Part shown: in pieces, positions 14,189-27,384 of the stretch | How positions within the stretch are numbered: the first letter of the stretch is position 1 | Layout of the letters: each line of letters opens with the position of its first letter | Program-made: the position numbers and the translations under genes | Notes under the pieces: generated by a model | The model's database searches: none | What the model was told of the DNA's origin: nothing | What the model saw: only the letters and a program-made list of their open reading frames with translations | Assembly (NCBI GenBank): GCA_964016885.1 | Contig: OZ024743.1 | Span: forward strand, 49,724,001-49,788,000 | Length of the DNA stretch: 64,000 nt | DNA from: Eledone cirrhosa | Taxonomy: Eukaryota | Direction: 5' to 3'

Positions 14189-14376
14189 AATTGTTTCTAC
14201 TTTTGGCACAAGGCCAGCAATTATCCCAGTGTTTTACTGCTACTTTATTTTATCGACCCTGTAAGGATGAACGGCAAAGTTAACCTCGGCGGGATTTGAA
14301 CTCAGATCATAAAGGGCCGTAACTCTTTGCTGCAAAGTATGGCATCCGACCCTCTACCGATACTACTAATCCACCT
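14189..14376 (-). mobile_element. SINE family A
   Basis: Same consensus. TSD CACATATATATAAT. Confidence 0.9.
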
Positions 14377-14756
14377 CACATATATATAATGGATGCATCT
14401 CGGTTTCGAAAATTGTCAACCCTTGTCCTTTTTCACATACATGGTTGACATCAATATGACCTTTTAATCCTGCCAAGGATTTAGATTCATTTCTAAATAT
14501 ATTGAAACGAAAGAAAAAAAGAAAAGGCCATGCTTACACAAAGTCGTTTAGATGAAGTGATGTTTGTACTTGAGGCTTCTTTAAGTGAAGAAAGACCTTG
14601 CACTGAACCCACTCTCTGAACAACAGGTGACAGGTGTCCAAAAAGAAGAACGGGTTAATATCAATGGTTGCCATCGAATCACAGGTTTTACATCAGTTTT
14701 CCTTCTCCAAGAATGATGTGGGATAACCGCGCGCTCGGACACCAATCCGTGTATTT

Positions 14757-14791
<35 letters not shown>

Positions 14792-14820
14792 TGTATATAG
14801 ACATACATATATGTATATAT

Positions 14821-14976
<156 letters not shown>

Positions 14977-15042
14977 GAATATATATGTATGTAAAAAAAT
15001 GAAGAATAACATGGTCAACAGTACAAAAAAGGGATTTATTTA

Positions 15043-15145
15043 CAGTCTGACAATTGTTTCACTGATTAAGTTGTCTAAAAATTGATGAACACATGAGGCA
15101 GTGCCACTCAATTTCAAATACGATGTTAACTTAACCAGATCATCG
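15043..15145 (-). ncRNA. Hammerhead ribozyme relic with a long stem II loop, possibly in an inverted pLTR
   Basis: CAGUUAUCU-CCGAUGA-UCUGGUUAAG(loop)CUUAAUCAGU-GAAA-CAAUUG-UC|AGACUG followed by AAUAAA. The core reads CCGAUGA instead of CUGAUGA. Confidence 0.6.
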
Positions 15146-15744
15146 GAGATAACTGCTATATTATCGGTAATTTTACAAATTCAAATTACAGCATCATTAA
15201 TAATATTAATAATAAAGATAGAAAGAGAAAAAAGAAAGAGAGATAGAGAAAAGAAAGAAAGAAAAAAGAAAAAGAAGAAAGGAAACAGAGAAAGATATAG
15301 AGAGAAAAAAAGACAGAGAGAAAGGAGGAGAGAAAGAGGAGAGAAAAGGAGAAAGGAGAAATAAAGGTAGAGAAAAATAAAAATAAAGGGAAAATAGTGA
15401 TATCAACAATAAATGAATAAATGCTAATACATGAATAAATACCAGAATAATACAAATAAATAAATAAATAAGTGTTAATAAAGAAGTTACATCGAGGATG
15501 ATATAAGACAATACTAAATATGAAAATAAATAAATAAAAAATGTGCGAAGAAGAGTAAACTTAGTAAAATTATTGAGAGTGGTTATAGTTTTAACCACCA
15601 AAACCCCTCTCAATAATTTACGATCGTTTCTGGGATGTATATGTGTGTTGGTATGTATATCATATAGATCTATGTAAAAATATTACAAATTATCAGAGGA
15701 AATATACATACCTTCACATATACATGCCGTCCTCAGAAATGAGA

Positions 15745-18634
15745 TGTGTTTATTGAAAAAAACACACTTTAACCTGAAAGATCACAAATCTAACTTTAAC
15801 TCTAATCCTTCTATAAGGCTTATATGCCCTTCCAAGTCTGACATTGGCATCATTAGGCAAACATTTTTTAGATAGAATTATCCCACAATTAAGAAAACAT
15901 GTTAACTTATCACTCTGGGAAAAGACATCCCAAGTAATTAACTGGTTTACTTATATTAGAAATAAATCATCTGCTTCATTTCTACAGTTCGACATAGATG
16001 CTTATTATTCCTCTATATCACCCATACTCCTGAACAAAGCCTTGATATTCGCCAAAAATAGATCAGACTTAACTATGGATGACATCAATATTATCACGCA
16101 CGCTAGACAAACACTACTGGAGTTTCAGAAGGAACACTGGACCAGAAATACATATAGTAATCTCTTCGATATAACCTTGGGCTCTAGTGATTCCGCCCAA
16201 ATTACCGATCTTGTGGGCCTCTTTCTTCTATTTAACATTAATTCATCTTTTCCCCACCTTAAAGGTGGTTTATATCGTGATGACTGTCTTCTTCTATCCA
16301 CTAATCTTAGCCTATCAGAAATTGAAAGAAATAATAAACTTATTAGAACTTTCCTCAAAGACTATTATAATCTCACTATTACATTTGAAAACACCAGTAA
16401 AATAGTCAATTTCCTAGATATAACTTTGGACCTATCTATGGGTATCTACCAACCTTACCATAAACCTAACCTAAACTTGCATTACATACACTCACAACCC
16501 AATCACCCTAGATCTATCCTTAAAATCCTAGCATATAACATCTCACTCAGGATCTCTAACCTTTCATCAAATCAGTATGTATTCGATAAAAAACGCGTCC
16601 TTTTATAACGAAGCTTTAGCCATAAGTGGCCACAAAAACAAATTAGTATACATACCTTGCACCAATAATATTTCAAACATACAACCTAATATTACCAACA
16701 AACACCAAATGAAAAACCCACACCTAAATGCCACTCAGACTACACCTAAAAATACCAATCTAAAACTTAATTTCTCTACCTCTTCTCACATAAAATATAA
16801 TGACTTTCAAAAAACCATTTATCCTAATACTCCAACATATGCTAACAACATTACTAACACAATTCCTAGTAATCAGACTAAAACACCTAAATCAGTTAAT
16901 CAAACTAAACCTATATATATAATAAAATCACTAATAGTAACTCTCTTAGTAAGCCTCCTGATACATCGTATAAATATAAGAAACAATATCGAAACCGTAA
17001 TAGATGGGTTACTTGGCATAATGCTCCATTTAATCTACAATAATCTACAAATTAAAGACAATATCCCTAAAAAATTCTTTGCTATCATAGAGAAACTTTT
17101 CCCACCAAACCATAAATACCCTCAAATTTTAAATAGATCTACAGTCAAATTCTCCTACTCCACTACCAAAAATTTATAACAGAATATAAGTGCGTACAAC
17201 GCATATAAGTGTAAAAAACCCATAAATATACCACCAACACATCAAACCAACCATAATAATACTAAAATAAACCATAACAAACCACCATCTCCTTCACCTA
17301 TAACATGTCCTGTAAATTCCACACCAAATTTAACTAATTCACCTGATATAATATTCACGAATGGTTGTAACTGTAGAATCAAAAGAAATTGCTCATTAAA
17401 GGGAAATTGTCTTATTAATAACATAGTATATAAATGTAAAGTTAACACTAAGGACTCCACTTATTCATATATAGGAGCTACATCTAACCAATTTAAAGTA
17501 AGATTTAATACCCACAAACAGTTTTAAAAATGCCGCATACAACATCCTTGGCTGAAACAATTAATAATTATAGAAAGAAGAAAATCGATTACAACCTGAC
17601 CTGGAGCGTGCTCAAAAGGGCTACCCCTTATCAAAATAGCAGATACGAGTGTAGGTTATACTCCCAAGAACTTTTTGAAATCATGAAATCTAAGGATATC
17701 TTATTAAATAAGCGACAAGAATTAATTATATCTTGCAATCATAGAATTAGAAGAACCTTCAAATATTATAAACCTAATTAATATATACTTTACTCTTATA
17801 TTTTACAAATTGTTATAATTGTTTTTTTTTATTTAGTTAACCTATAATTAGTATTTTACTACAGAGAACTTCATATTTTTATTTCCCTCTTACAGCTCTC
17901 TTTTCCTAAAATTATTTTTAACCACACTTCTTCATTTAATCGCATCCCCTATTTATCACATTTAATACCTATGATTATTAAATATAATTAATATCTTTAA
18001 TATCATCAATGTCCGTATAGATACAATACTCTTTATAAAAAATGTTTATCTACTTCAGTTTTTCAATATATTTATTTTTTATTTTTTATTGCTTTAATTT
18101 CTTACTTCTTTATTTATCACATTCATATGAATTAATATAATTTTATCCCTGTAAGTATACCTATAAATTAATTTAATTTCCTGTTATGTATTTAGATTCC
18201 TTGTAGTTTAAATAAGATTGGTATTTCTCACTAATACCCTTACCCTAAAATATAATTTTCCTTCGTTTTTAACAATATTATTTAATAACATCAAATTTTC
18301 GTGTACCCTTCACTATCTTCTTGACTTGACCTCATTTCATCCCCATAGTATTCTTTTCATTCAAAGCATAAGTCTGCACTCCTAAACCCCTAAATTTAAT
18401 CTCTACTACTGTCATTCTATCAACTTGACCTCTAACTCATTTTCTATTGGTCAATTCAAAACCTGTTCCTAAATAGACCCTTTATATTAATTTTTTTATT
18501 AATTTATCTTGACTCTGTTTTCCTATGATTTTTATCGCAAATTTTTGAATGTATCTTCTTTTCATGATATCTTCTATATTTGGATTACATTGAGTTCTTC
18601 ATACGGATTGGACACTACCGTATATTTTGGTAGA

Positions 18635-18640
<6 letters not shown>
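15745..18640 (+). mobile_element. 5'-truncated Penelope-like element, Naiad-type (RT plus C-terminal GIY-YIG), frameshifted
   Basis: LKDHKSNF..IRLICPSKS, FLQFDIDAYYSSI, LYRDDCL, NFLDITLDL and FPPNHKY..NRSTVKFSYS, then GCNCR..CSLKGNC..IVYKC..YIGAT and an AT-rich 3' UTR ending at (TA)n. Confidence 0.88.
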
Positions 18641-18722
<82 letters not shown>

Positions 18723-18848
18723 TGTCACCTTGATCACCTTGACCGACCAGTCTGTGGGGCGCCATTCGGCGCCGCTGGTCACAGCACGTGCTGTTTTAGC
18801 CATATGATGACGCCGCCATCCCACTGGGTGGGTGGGCAGGCCTATGTA

Positions 18849-18918
<70 letters not shown>

Positions 18919-19221
18919 AGGGATAACAAATATCGTTGTAGGTAATCCAGTTAGAGGTTGTGAATACTTCTTATGGATAGTTTTAGCGTACGGCGTTGTT
19001 TGACTCAACAAGAGGTTTACGTGGATGACGAGTTTATGATTTAACTTGTATTCCTATGTAAGTTTATCTTGGAGTAATAAAATTGAAAAAGTGAAGAATA
19101 ACATGGTCAACAGTACAATAAATTCCCCTTTTTTGTACTGTTCACCATGTTATTCTTCACTTTTTCAATTATATATTTATATATATATATGTATGTATTT
19201 ATATATATACATACATATATA

Positions 19222-19303
<82 letters not shown>

Positions 19304-19899
19304 TGTAATAAACAACATATGGCAATTATTTCATTTACCAGTGGTTTCTTAAAAGCAAACAAATTTTGTTTTCAATCACCAGAATGAAAAAATCCCGGTG
19401 TATTTGTTGGCATTGGATAAAATATAATCTATATGAAAGTGAGGCTGGAAAAGGAAGAAGGAAAGGAAAAATAAACACACATGCACACGCACACACAATT
19501 ATATACATACACATATATACACATACACACATATATACACACACACACATATACACACACACATATATATGTGTATATATATATATACATACACATACAT
19601 ATACACATACATACATACATATATATCAACATATCCATACATACACATACATACGAATACACAAACATGCATACACACACACACCCACACACATGCATAT
19701 ATATATATATAAATATATATATACTTATATATAGTATTACGTATCGAGAAAGAGAGAAAAAGGAGGGATAGGTGATACATATAGTTATTTGCCAAGTAGC
19801 GTATGCCAAAGGTGCTCGATACTAGTGCCGGCAGTATTAAATATTCGAAGTGTTAATATTTAGTGGGCTAGAGAGTTAGCAGAGCGTAAGCACGTGGGA

Positions 19900-20590
19900 A
19901 AGTAAAAATCGGAGAATAGACCGTTAAAACATGTTTATTTAAAATATCACCTACGTACGTTTCGCCCAGTTGGGCTTCTCAAGGGCATAAATAATCACAA
20001 GTGCTCCTTATATAGTTCGGAAAGAGTTTTGGGGGTTAAATCTACATCAAGATTCATTGCTCGCAAAAATATCTTGTTTTGATTTTGCAGCAGGTCAAGG
20101 GAGGAAACTCTGGCCGGTGTTAGGGCAGTCTTTCCCGGATAATTTTTTTTTTTTTTTTTTTTTTTTGCCGCATCCGTTTGTCTGAGGCTGGGTCTGGTAT
20201 GCAAGGATTGTTTTCTGGGTGTTATTTTGCTGCGCCTGCCCGCCGGGGTGTTAAGACTTGTTGCAGGGAGATCCAGTGTACTATTTCACTCTTCATTCTT
20301 AACCCATCTAAAGAAGGATATTTTTAAGCGATGTGTAAAACTTATCGCTGTTTCAGCTCTGCTGTTGATGAGCTCGTGGGGTGCAGTTATGATGTGGTAG
20401 AGCTCCATGAGGCAAAGATCGCATTTCCTCTTGAAGTTGTACGGTGCAGCCCGGCCGACAATCTCCCAGTGCGTGGAGAAGCTGATGTTTAAGTCCTTTA
20501 GTGATGTGATGTAGTCCGCGAGCGAAGTGGAGTGCCTTAGTTTTCTATTTGTGAAGTGGAGTGCCTTAGTTTTCTATTTGTGAAAGAGTG
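19900..20590 (-). mobile_element. Naiad-type PLE 3' fragment with a degenerate hammerhead
   Basis: HSTSLADYITSLKD..WEIVGRAAPYNFKRKCDLCLMELYHI. GCCCA-AC-UGGGC-GAAA-CGUACG-UA at 19946-19988 has a non-canonical core. Confidence 0.7.
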
Positions 20591-21087
20591 GAGTATATAC
20601 TTATATACACACACATACATATATATATACACACACACATATATATATACATACACATACATGCACACATACATACACATACATACATACATACATACAT
20701 ACATACATACATACATACATACATACAATCATACATATATATACACACGTACATACACACGCATACATACACACATATATATACGCATGCACAAATATAG
20801 AAATATGTACACACACCTACATACTCACACACACAAATAATTATAAGAAAAAATATAATAAAAATACCGTCACATAAGAATAAAAATGAATATAAAAATT
20901 ATTATAGTGTTGACAGCGATACAGGCAATAAATAAATGAACAAACACACGTGGTAAGCAATACACACAATTGCACGTACACATACATACGTAAAAATAAA
21001 TACATACACACACTCTCACACATACACATACATATACAATTACATATACACATACATACGCACACACATATACATATATACATATAT

Positions 21088-21123
<36 letters not shown>

Positions 21124-21279
21124 ATACATATCCATACATACATACACATACATATACATACATATCACAAACGCATACATACAAATACAAACACACACAT
21201 GTATGTGTGTAAAACTCATTCTTCGATGTATTCATATGAACCTTGTTTAACTCTAAAATATATATATACACACATATAT

Positions 21280-21327
<48 letters not shown>

Positions 21328-21366
21328 ACACACACATATACAAACACATACATATGCATACATACG

Positions 21367-21408
<42 letters not shown>

Positions 21409-21901
21409 AGAAAAAACATAAATATTATATATATAAAAAAACATAAATATTGTATATATAAAAATAAAAAGTTGGGAATACGACAAATAATAAATAAAAA
21501 CATAATTAGAAAAGGGTATAAATGTTTATAGTTGATTTAGAGCACTCAACAAGTTCCTGGAGCAAATGATCAATGAAAATAAGCATTAAATCACTGTATG
21601 TAATTATGCATATACACACACACATACATATACATATATATATATATACATATATATACACACACACACACACACACAAACACAACCACAGAAATACACA
21701 CACACATACACATACATACATATACGCATATATATACACACACATAGGAAAAAGTATGACCCCACGGCAGAGCTCAAGCCATTTCTGAGGCTATTATATA
21801 TATACACACAAAACCATTATATAAAAATACATATACACGCACAAATATACACACGGCCACACACACACATTATATCTATATATACACACATACATACACA
21901 C

Positions 21902-22018
<117 letters not shown>

Positions 22019-22115
22019 CACACATCCGCACAAATACAACAGAAGCATATAAAATACAATTATATATACATATACATATACATACAAATAAATATAAACA
22101 TACATACACACACAT

Positions 22116-22212
<97 letters not shown>

Positions 22213-22455
22213 TACACACATATACGCAACACACACAATAAAATAAATATCTAAATAAATATCTAAAAATAAAAAAAATTGGTATGTGAAGGGTAAGGCA
22301 GAAAGTAGGGTGGGGAAAATAAGGAAAATAAATGACATAGGAAAAGGTTTAAATATAAGGGGAGATAAGGGAGAAAAAGAATACGAGAGTACAGAAAGTG
22401 AATTCAGAAGGTAAAAACTGTAGTGGATGTAAGGCGTAGAGAGCAGAGAAGGAGT

Positions 22456-23005
22456 TCAAGGTGGTTGAGTTATCGTAGGAATGTCAATCCAGTTACAGAT
22501 CAGATGTGATTTCAGGTGAGGACAACATCTGAAGATCTTGGTCTTTGAGTTCAGGCAAGCAGAAGTGGCTTTCAAGTTTTGTAAAATCCTAAATTTTTCA
22601 GTGGTACACAAAGAACAATTCTTTGTGCCCCTTTGGTATTCCCTCGAATGGTCTAAAATAGACCAATCGATAGAGTACGGGATGTTTTTATCCTTGAATT
22701 CCCACACCTTACTTGCGAAAGCCGTTGCTGTTCTTTTATCGGAGTGCTTAAAAGAAGCGACATGTGCATAAAACCTGGTTTTAAACCTGTCCCGGGTCAT
22801 GCCAAACATATCCTTCACTCCTGGCTGGCTGGTTGTTGATTAAAGGTGTCACTTTAGCCTCATATACAACGGATTTGGTGTTACATTTGCCCTGTAATGG
22901 GTATTCATCCGGCTTCCTGCAACTGCATCCTGGATTTATTCTCGTACGATTTGAATATATATATATATTGTTATCAGCAAAACATATCCCTTTAAGAAAA
23001 CCCAC
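22456..23005 (-). pseudogene. Naiad-type PLE GIY-YIG endonuclease fragment
   Basis: GCSCR..PLQGKC..VVYEAKV, FGMTRDRFKTRFYAH and WSIL..CSLCTTEK. Confidence 0.85.
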
Positions 23006-23039
23006 TGTACTAATAAGAAATGTGTTATATGTAAAGTAA

Positions 23040-23414
23040 ACCCCCCAGATAAACTGTAAAACTAGAAATGTAGTCTATAGCATAAGATGTACAGAGGGTA
23101 CTTGCAGAAACATGACAACGACATACATAGGTGAGACACCTTAGCATAGGAGAAAGAATAGACCAACACTGGGGGAATTAAAAGGACAAAAAAAAAAAAA
23201 AGTTTCAGTACTCTACGAACACGTCAGACAACAACATCAGGGTAACATAGACAACATAAAATTAAAATAATATCTAAACATAGAAATGGCCCTACAGGTA
23301 GGCAAATCAGAAAAGCGAGCGAAATAGAGCTTAGAAAGCCAAAGTTAAACAGAAAAAATGAATGGAATAACAACAATAACCATACCCAAATAAACAATAC
23401 TGACTTAAGAGAAA

Positions 23415-23451
<37 letters not shown>

Positions 23452-23810
23452 ATAGATAAATAAATATACACACAAGTACAATAACAACAAACACATATAC
23501 ACACTCACTAATAAACAAAGATAGAATACAAAAACCAAAACACATACATCCAAACGCGAACACACACACCAAACACTATGCACACACGCAAACGCATGCG
23601 CAGAGACGAAGACAAAAATAAATAAATAAATAAATAGATAAAATAAAAAGGACGTAGACATTACAATACAATACAATACAATAGGGGGAAACATGATAAT
23701 AGTACCACTGATGATGTTGCAGATGTGCAACGAAAGAACTTTGTTAGACTATATATATATATATATCTGTATTTTTGACCGTTGGTCAGTTAATGATAAA
23801 CATTGATAGT
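23040..23810 (+). mobile_element. Penelope/Neptune-type PLE 3' fragment (GIY-YIG plus pLTR hammerhead at 23699-23752)
   Basis: CKTRNVVYSIRC..TYIGET. CUGAUGA-U-GUUGCA(GAUG)UGCAAC-GAAA. Paralogous to 37930-38600. Confidence 0.8.
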
Positions 23811-23970
23811 CAAATGAATTACTAGAAACCAAAATATACGTTAGTGCAAACAGGTGGAATCAGTGGTTGTACATTCTACTAAATTTAAAGCTTAGTGTAT
23901 TCATTCATGTATGCAAACATAATATATAGACTCAGACATACAAGTATATATATATATTATATATATATAT

Positions 23971-24147
23971 AGGAACGAGTAGGACCCCGACGGCTGAGCT
24001 CAAGCCGTTTCGACGGCTAATTCTGGACAGAATTAGCCGTCGAAACGGCTTGAGCTCCTACTCGTTCCTATTACCCACTCTACTACCCTAAGTATTGAGT
24101 ACTTTGGTGCGTTATGGTCCACCTGATTCCTTACCACATTTCCTTCG

Positions 24148-24150
<3 letters not shown>
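23971..24150 (+). mobile_element. (TA)n-embedded hairpin element
   Basis: Foldback AGGAACGAGTAGG..GAGCTCAAGCCGTTTCGACGGCTAATTCT / AGAATTAGCCGTCGAAACGGCTTGAGCTC..CCTACTCGTTCCT, plus an 80-bp tail ending CCTTCGTTA. Confidence 0.8.
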
Positions 24151-24196
<46 letters not shown>

Positions 24197-24205
<9 letters not shown>

Positions 24206-24733
24206 AGTATATTTGGTAATATACTGTATGTTTAATTAAAAATATTTTGAAGACTTTGCGCTATTATTTTAAAGTAGTGACTATGTCACTTACTTCTTTT
24301 TTCAGCAAAGGAAGGGAGAGAAGCTGACAGATCTGTTTCACACTGTTGGAGTTCCTCAGAGCAACGTACTCGCCGACCGCTGCCGAAAATTATAGAGGCT
24401 GGATTCTTATAGAATTCCAGTAATAATCAGGAACTGATTATACAGAGCGATTGCCGGTCCATCAAAAATTAAAAATTAGGATTGGTGCTCTGAAATAGCG
24501 ATGTATACATGAATGTATGTATAGTATATTTGGTAATATATTATATGTTTAATTAAAAACATTTTGAAGACCTTGCGCTATTTTAAATTGCTGAAAAAAG
24601 AAGTAAGTGACATAGTCACTACTTTAAAATAATAGCGCAAGGTCTTCAAAATGTTTTTAATTAAACATACAGTATATTACCAAATATACTATACATACAT
24701 TCATGTATACATCGCTATTTCAGAGCACCAACC

Positions 24734-24738
<5 letters not shown>
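24197..24738. mobile_element. Retrozyme-like element: about 1.2 units of 317 bp on the minus strand, then an inverted partial unit
   Basis: TGTATGTATAGTATATTTGG at 24197 and 24514. Hammerhead on the minus strand at 24315-24371 (CUGAGGA..GAAA-CAGAUCUG-UC). 24588-24738 is inverted, and (TA)n lies on both sides. Confidence 0.8.
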
Positions 24739-24782
<44 letters not shown>

Positions 24783-25574
24783 GAACTACTGACCAAATAA
24801 TATTTGGTATCATTGGTATCAATGGGGTAAAGACATCTGTGAAATCAATTAGTGGTGAAGGTGCTGTATATATATATATATATATAAGATAGTGAGTTTT
24901 TTTTTACAAAATGAAAAAAAACCGAGGTTTGCTACACGAGTGAAAGTATAAGGAAAAAAGATGAAATCGAAAATGCAAATGGAGTCTTTTAAAAAAAAAA
25001 AATGTTTATTTGGTTCCTTTACAGGTTTCGCAGTTCTTGTGTATTCCAAAAGTAGAATTGAGATGGAGGGTTTGTGGCTTTTCTCGCATCTGGTTGGTGT
25101 TCGAATGTTACTTCTGTTTTATATGGAAAAAGGTGGCTCGAAATGCTAGGTTTTTAGAAAAGTAATTTGGTTGGTTAATGACTGTCATGTGAATAAGTAT
25201 AATAAATTTCGCGCGAGTTCGCGTTACAAAGTTCTTGTTATATTTGCCTTAAAAAAAAAGGGTGTCTCAGACTGGTTTTTCATATATGAGTGAAATTTGG
25301 TTGGTTGATGCAATCACGTGAATAAGCACACCAGCTTTCGCGCCAGTTTGTGTTTGAATTTTTTTTTACTTAAAAAAAGGGGCTCACGAAGGCTTTTTTT
25401 ATAAATGTAATTTGATTGGTTATAAATGAAATTATGACTGTCTCGTGAACAAGTACATTAAATTTCGCGTATTTTGGAATTGTTTTTGTAGCCATTTAGA
25501 GAATGTTGTGCCAAACAAAAGATAATGGTAAAAAAAAACGGGATGAGGAGAATTGTTCTGGTTCAGTGAGTCAA

Positions 25575-27262
25575 CATTCAGGTGTCAAAATGAAGGCGGC
25601 GGGGTGATCCTCACGATGGACTCGGCTGACAACTGGATGCGTCCCACACGTGACAGCAGCTGTTGGAGATAATTCCACAGGTCGGTCACCCCTGGGCACT
25701 GAACAATTGCGTGCAGAACGGTTTCGATGTCCTGCTCGCATCTTGGACAGGTCCTTTTGGCAGGATCTCTGCCAGGGCGTCCGTGCCTGTAGATTTTTGT
25801 CTCGAACTGGTAGGGCTCCTCGGTAGCACTGCTAGGCCAGATACCTCTGGAAGTTATCCATAGGCCCTAGACGGAAAGTCCTCCCGAGCAGACTGGTCCT
25901 CCTCGATGCCTAGAGTTACTCCGAGAACGTCGTCGCACTTATCCCCCACTAATCCCCTATAGAATGTCGAAGTGGAGTCTCCGCTGATTGCTGTTTCCAC
26001 TTGGTAGAGGGCTGTGAGCGCCTGTAGGCACTCGAGGTTCCAGGCACCCAATTTTGGTCTTCGCTTGACCCAGGACTGCAGCTCTGTTAGTGAGAAAAGT
26101 TGTGGAAGAGCTTGTCTTACAAACGACAGCCACACCGGTTCACCGGTCAGGAATACCTGGAGATGGCGTAGCCTCAGCGCATGCTTGCGCATCATCAGCC
26201 ACGGCATGCCCAGCCCTCCGTTAGAAGGGTGTTGACAGCAGATGGATCTCCTCACCAATGGAGCCTGTTTCTTCCAGAGGAACTTGAAGAGTAGGCGTTA
26301 CATTTTGGTAAGGTATTCGCGGGGGCAAGGCACGACTATCAATCGGTAGTAGATGACGGACGCTATGTAAGTGTTCGCCACCTCCGCTCGACCTTTCAAG
26401 GAGAGTTTTCACTCTGCCCACTTCTGGGTGAGTGCAAACACCTTCGCCGTGACCTCGTTCCAGTTCTTATCCACCTGGAGGTCTGGACCGAACCAGACCC
26501 CGAGCAACTTCACCGGTCCTTCCGTCCAGCGTCCAACGACACTGTCGGAAGGCATGGGTTTGCCTTTCCATGTGCCGAGTTGCAAACCGACAGATTTGTT
26601 TGGGTTTAGTCTTGCTCCTGTCAGCGTTTCGTATTCCTGTAATAGGTTGCCGATTACCCCGATTTCCGAGGTTTCCGACACCATTACCGTCATATCGTCG
26701 GCAGAGGCTGACGCTGCTTTCCGCAGTCCTGGTTCGATCGGGATGCCCTGCAACAGCTCCAATTTCTGCAGTAACGGCTCGAGAGTCAGTACATACAGAG
26801 AGTCAGTACAAAATCTGTAACTCTGTGTTGAGCAGAGTTATGGGCCTGAAATTGCTTATCTCATCCCACTTGTTCTCATCTTTCTTGATCAGCGTTACTA
26901 CGCCTCTGCCTACAGAACTGGGAATCCTCCCGTTCTGCTGCCAGTTGCAGTAGACCGCTTCGAGGACGCCAGAGAACAAGTCTGGCATGCCTAAGTAAAA
27001 CTCATAGGGTAGACCATCTAAACCGGGTGATTTGTGTTTCCCGCAGGGGCCTAGGGCATCTTCTATTTCGCCCGCTGTGTGGTCGGCCTCTCGCAGCTCT
27101 CCGCATCCATGCTTGAGAGTCGCGGTACGCCGTCGAGGTAGGAGCTGAAGTCTATCACCTCGCTCGATGTACCGCTTTGCCCGAACAGTTGTGCAAAAAG
27201 CTGGTGGAAGGCCGCACACATCTGCTTGGATTCAAGTATAATGCGTCCATCTTTGTCTTACA
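25575..27262 (-). pseudogene. Tx1/L1-clade LINE ORF2 relic with internal deletions
   Basis: KSPGLDGLPYEFY, NFRPITLLNT, ADDMTV, LLGVWFG, GGLGMP and CPRC..ETVLHAIVQCP. Confidence 0.85.
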
Positions 27263-27331
27263 AAATAGATAGATAGATAGATAGATACACACACACACAT
27301 ATATAAATATATGTATATTAATCAAACTAAT

Positions 27332-27384
<53 letters not shown>

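Noticed and set aside
15745-17781. Selenocysteine-encoding Naiad variant
   Set aside because: The Cys positions I could read are TGT/TGC, and the disruptions are frameshifts rather than in-frame TGA. No SECIS was recognised.
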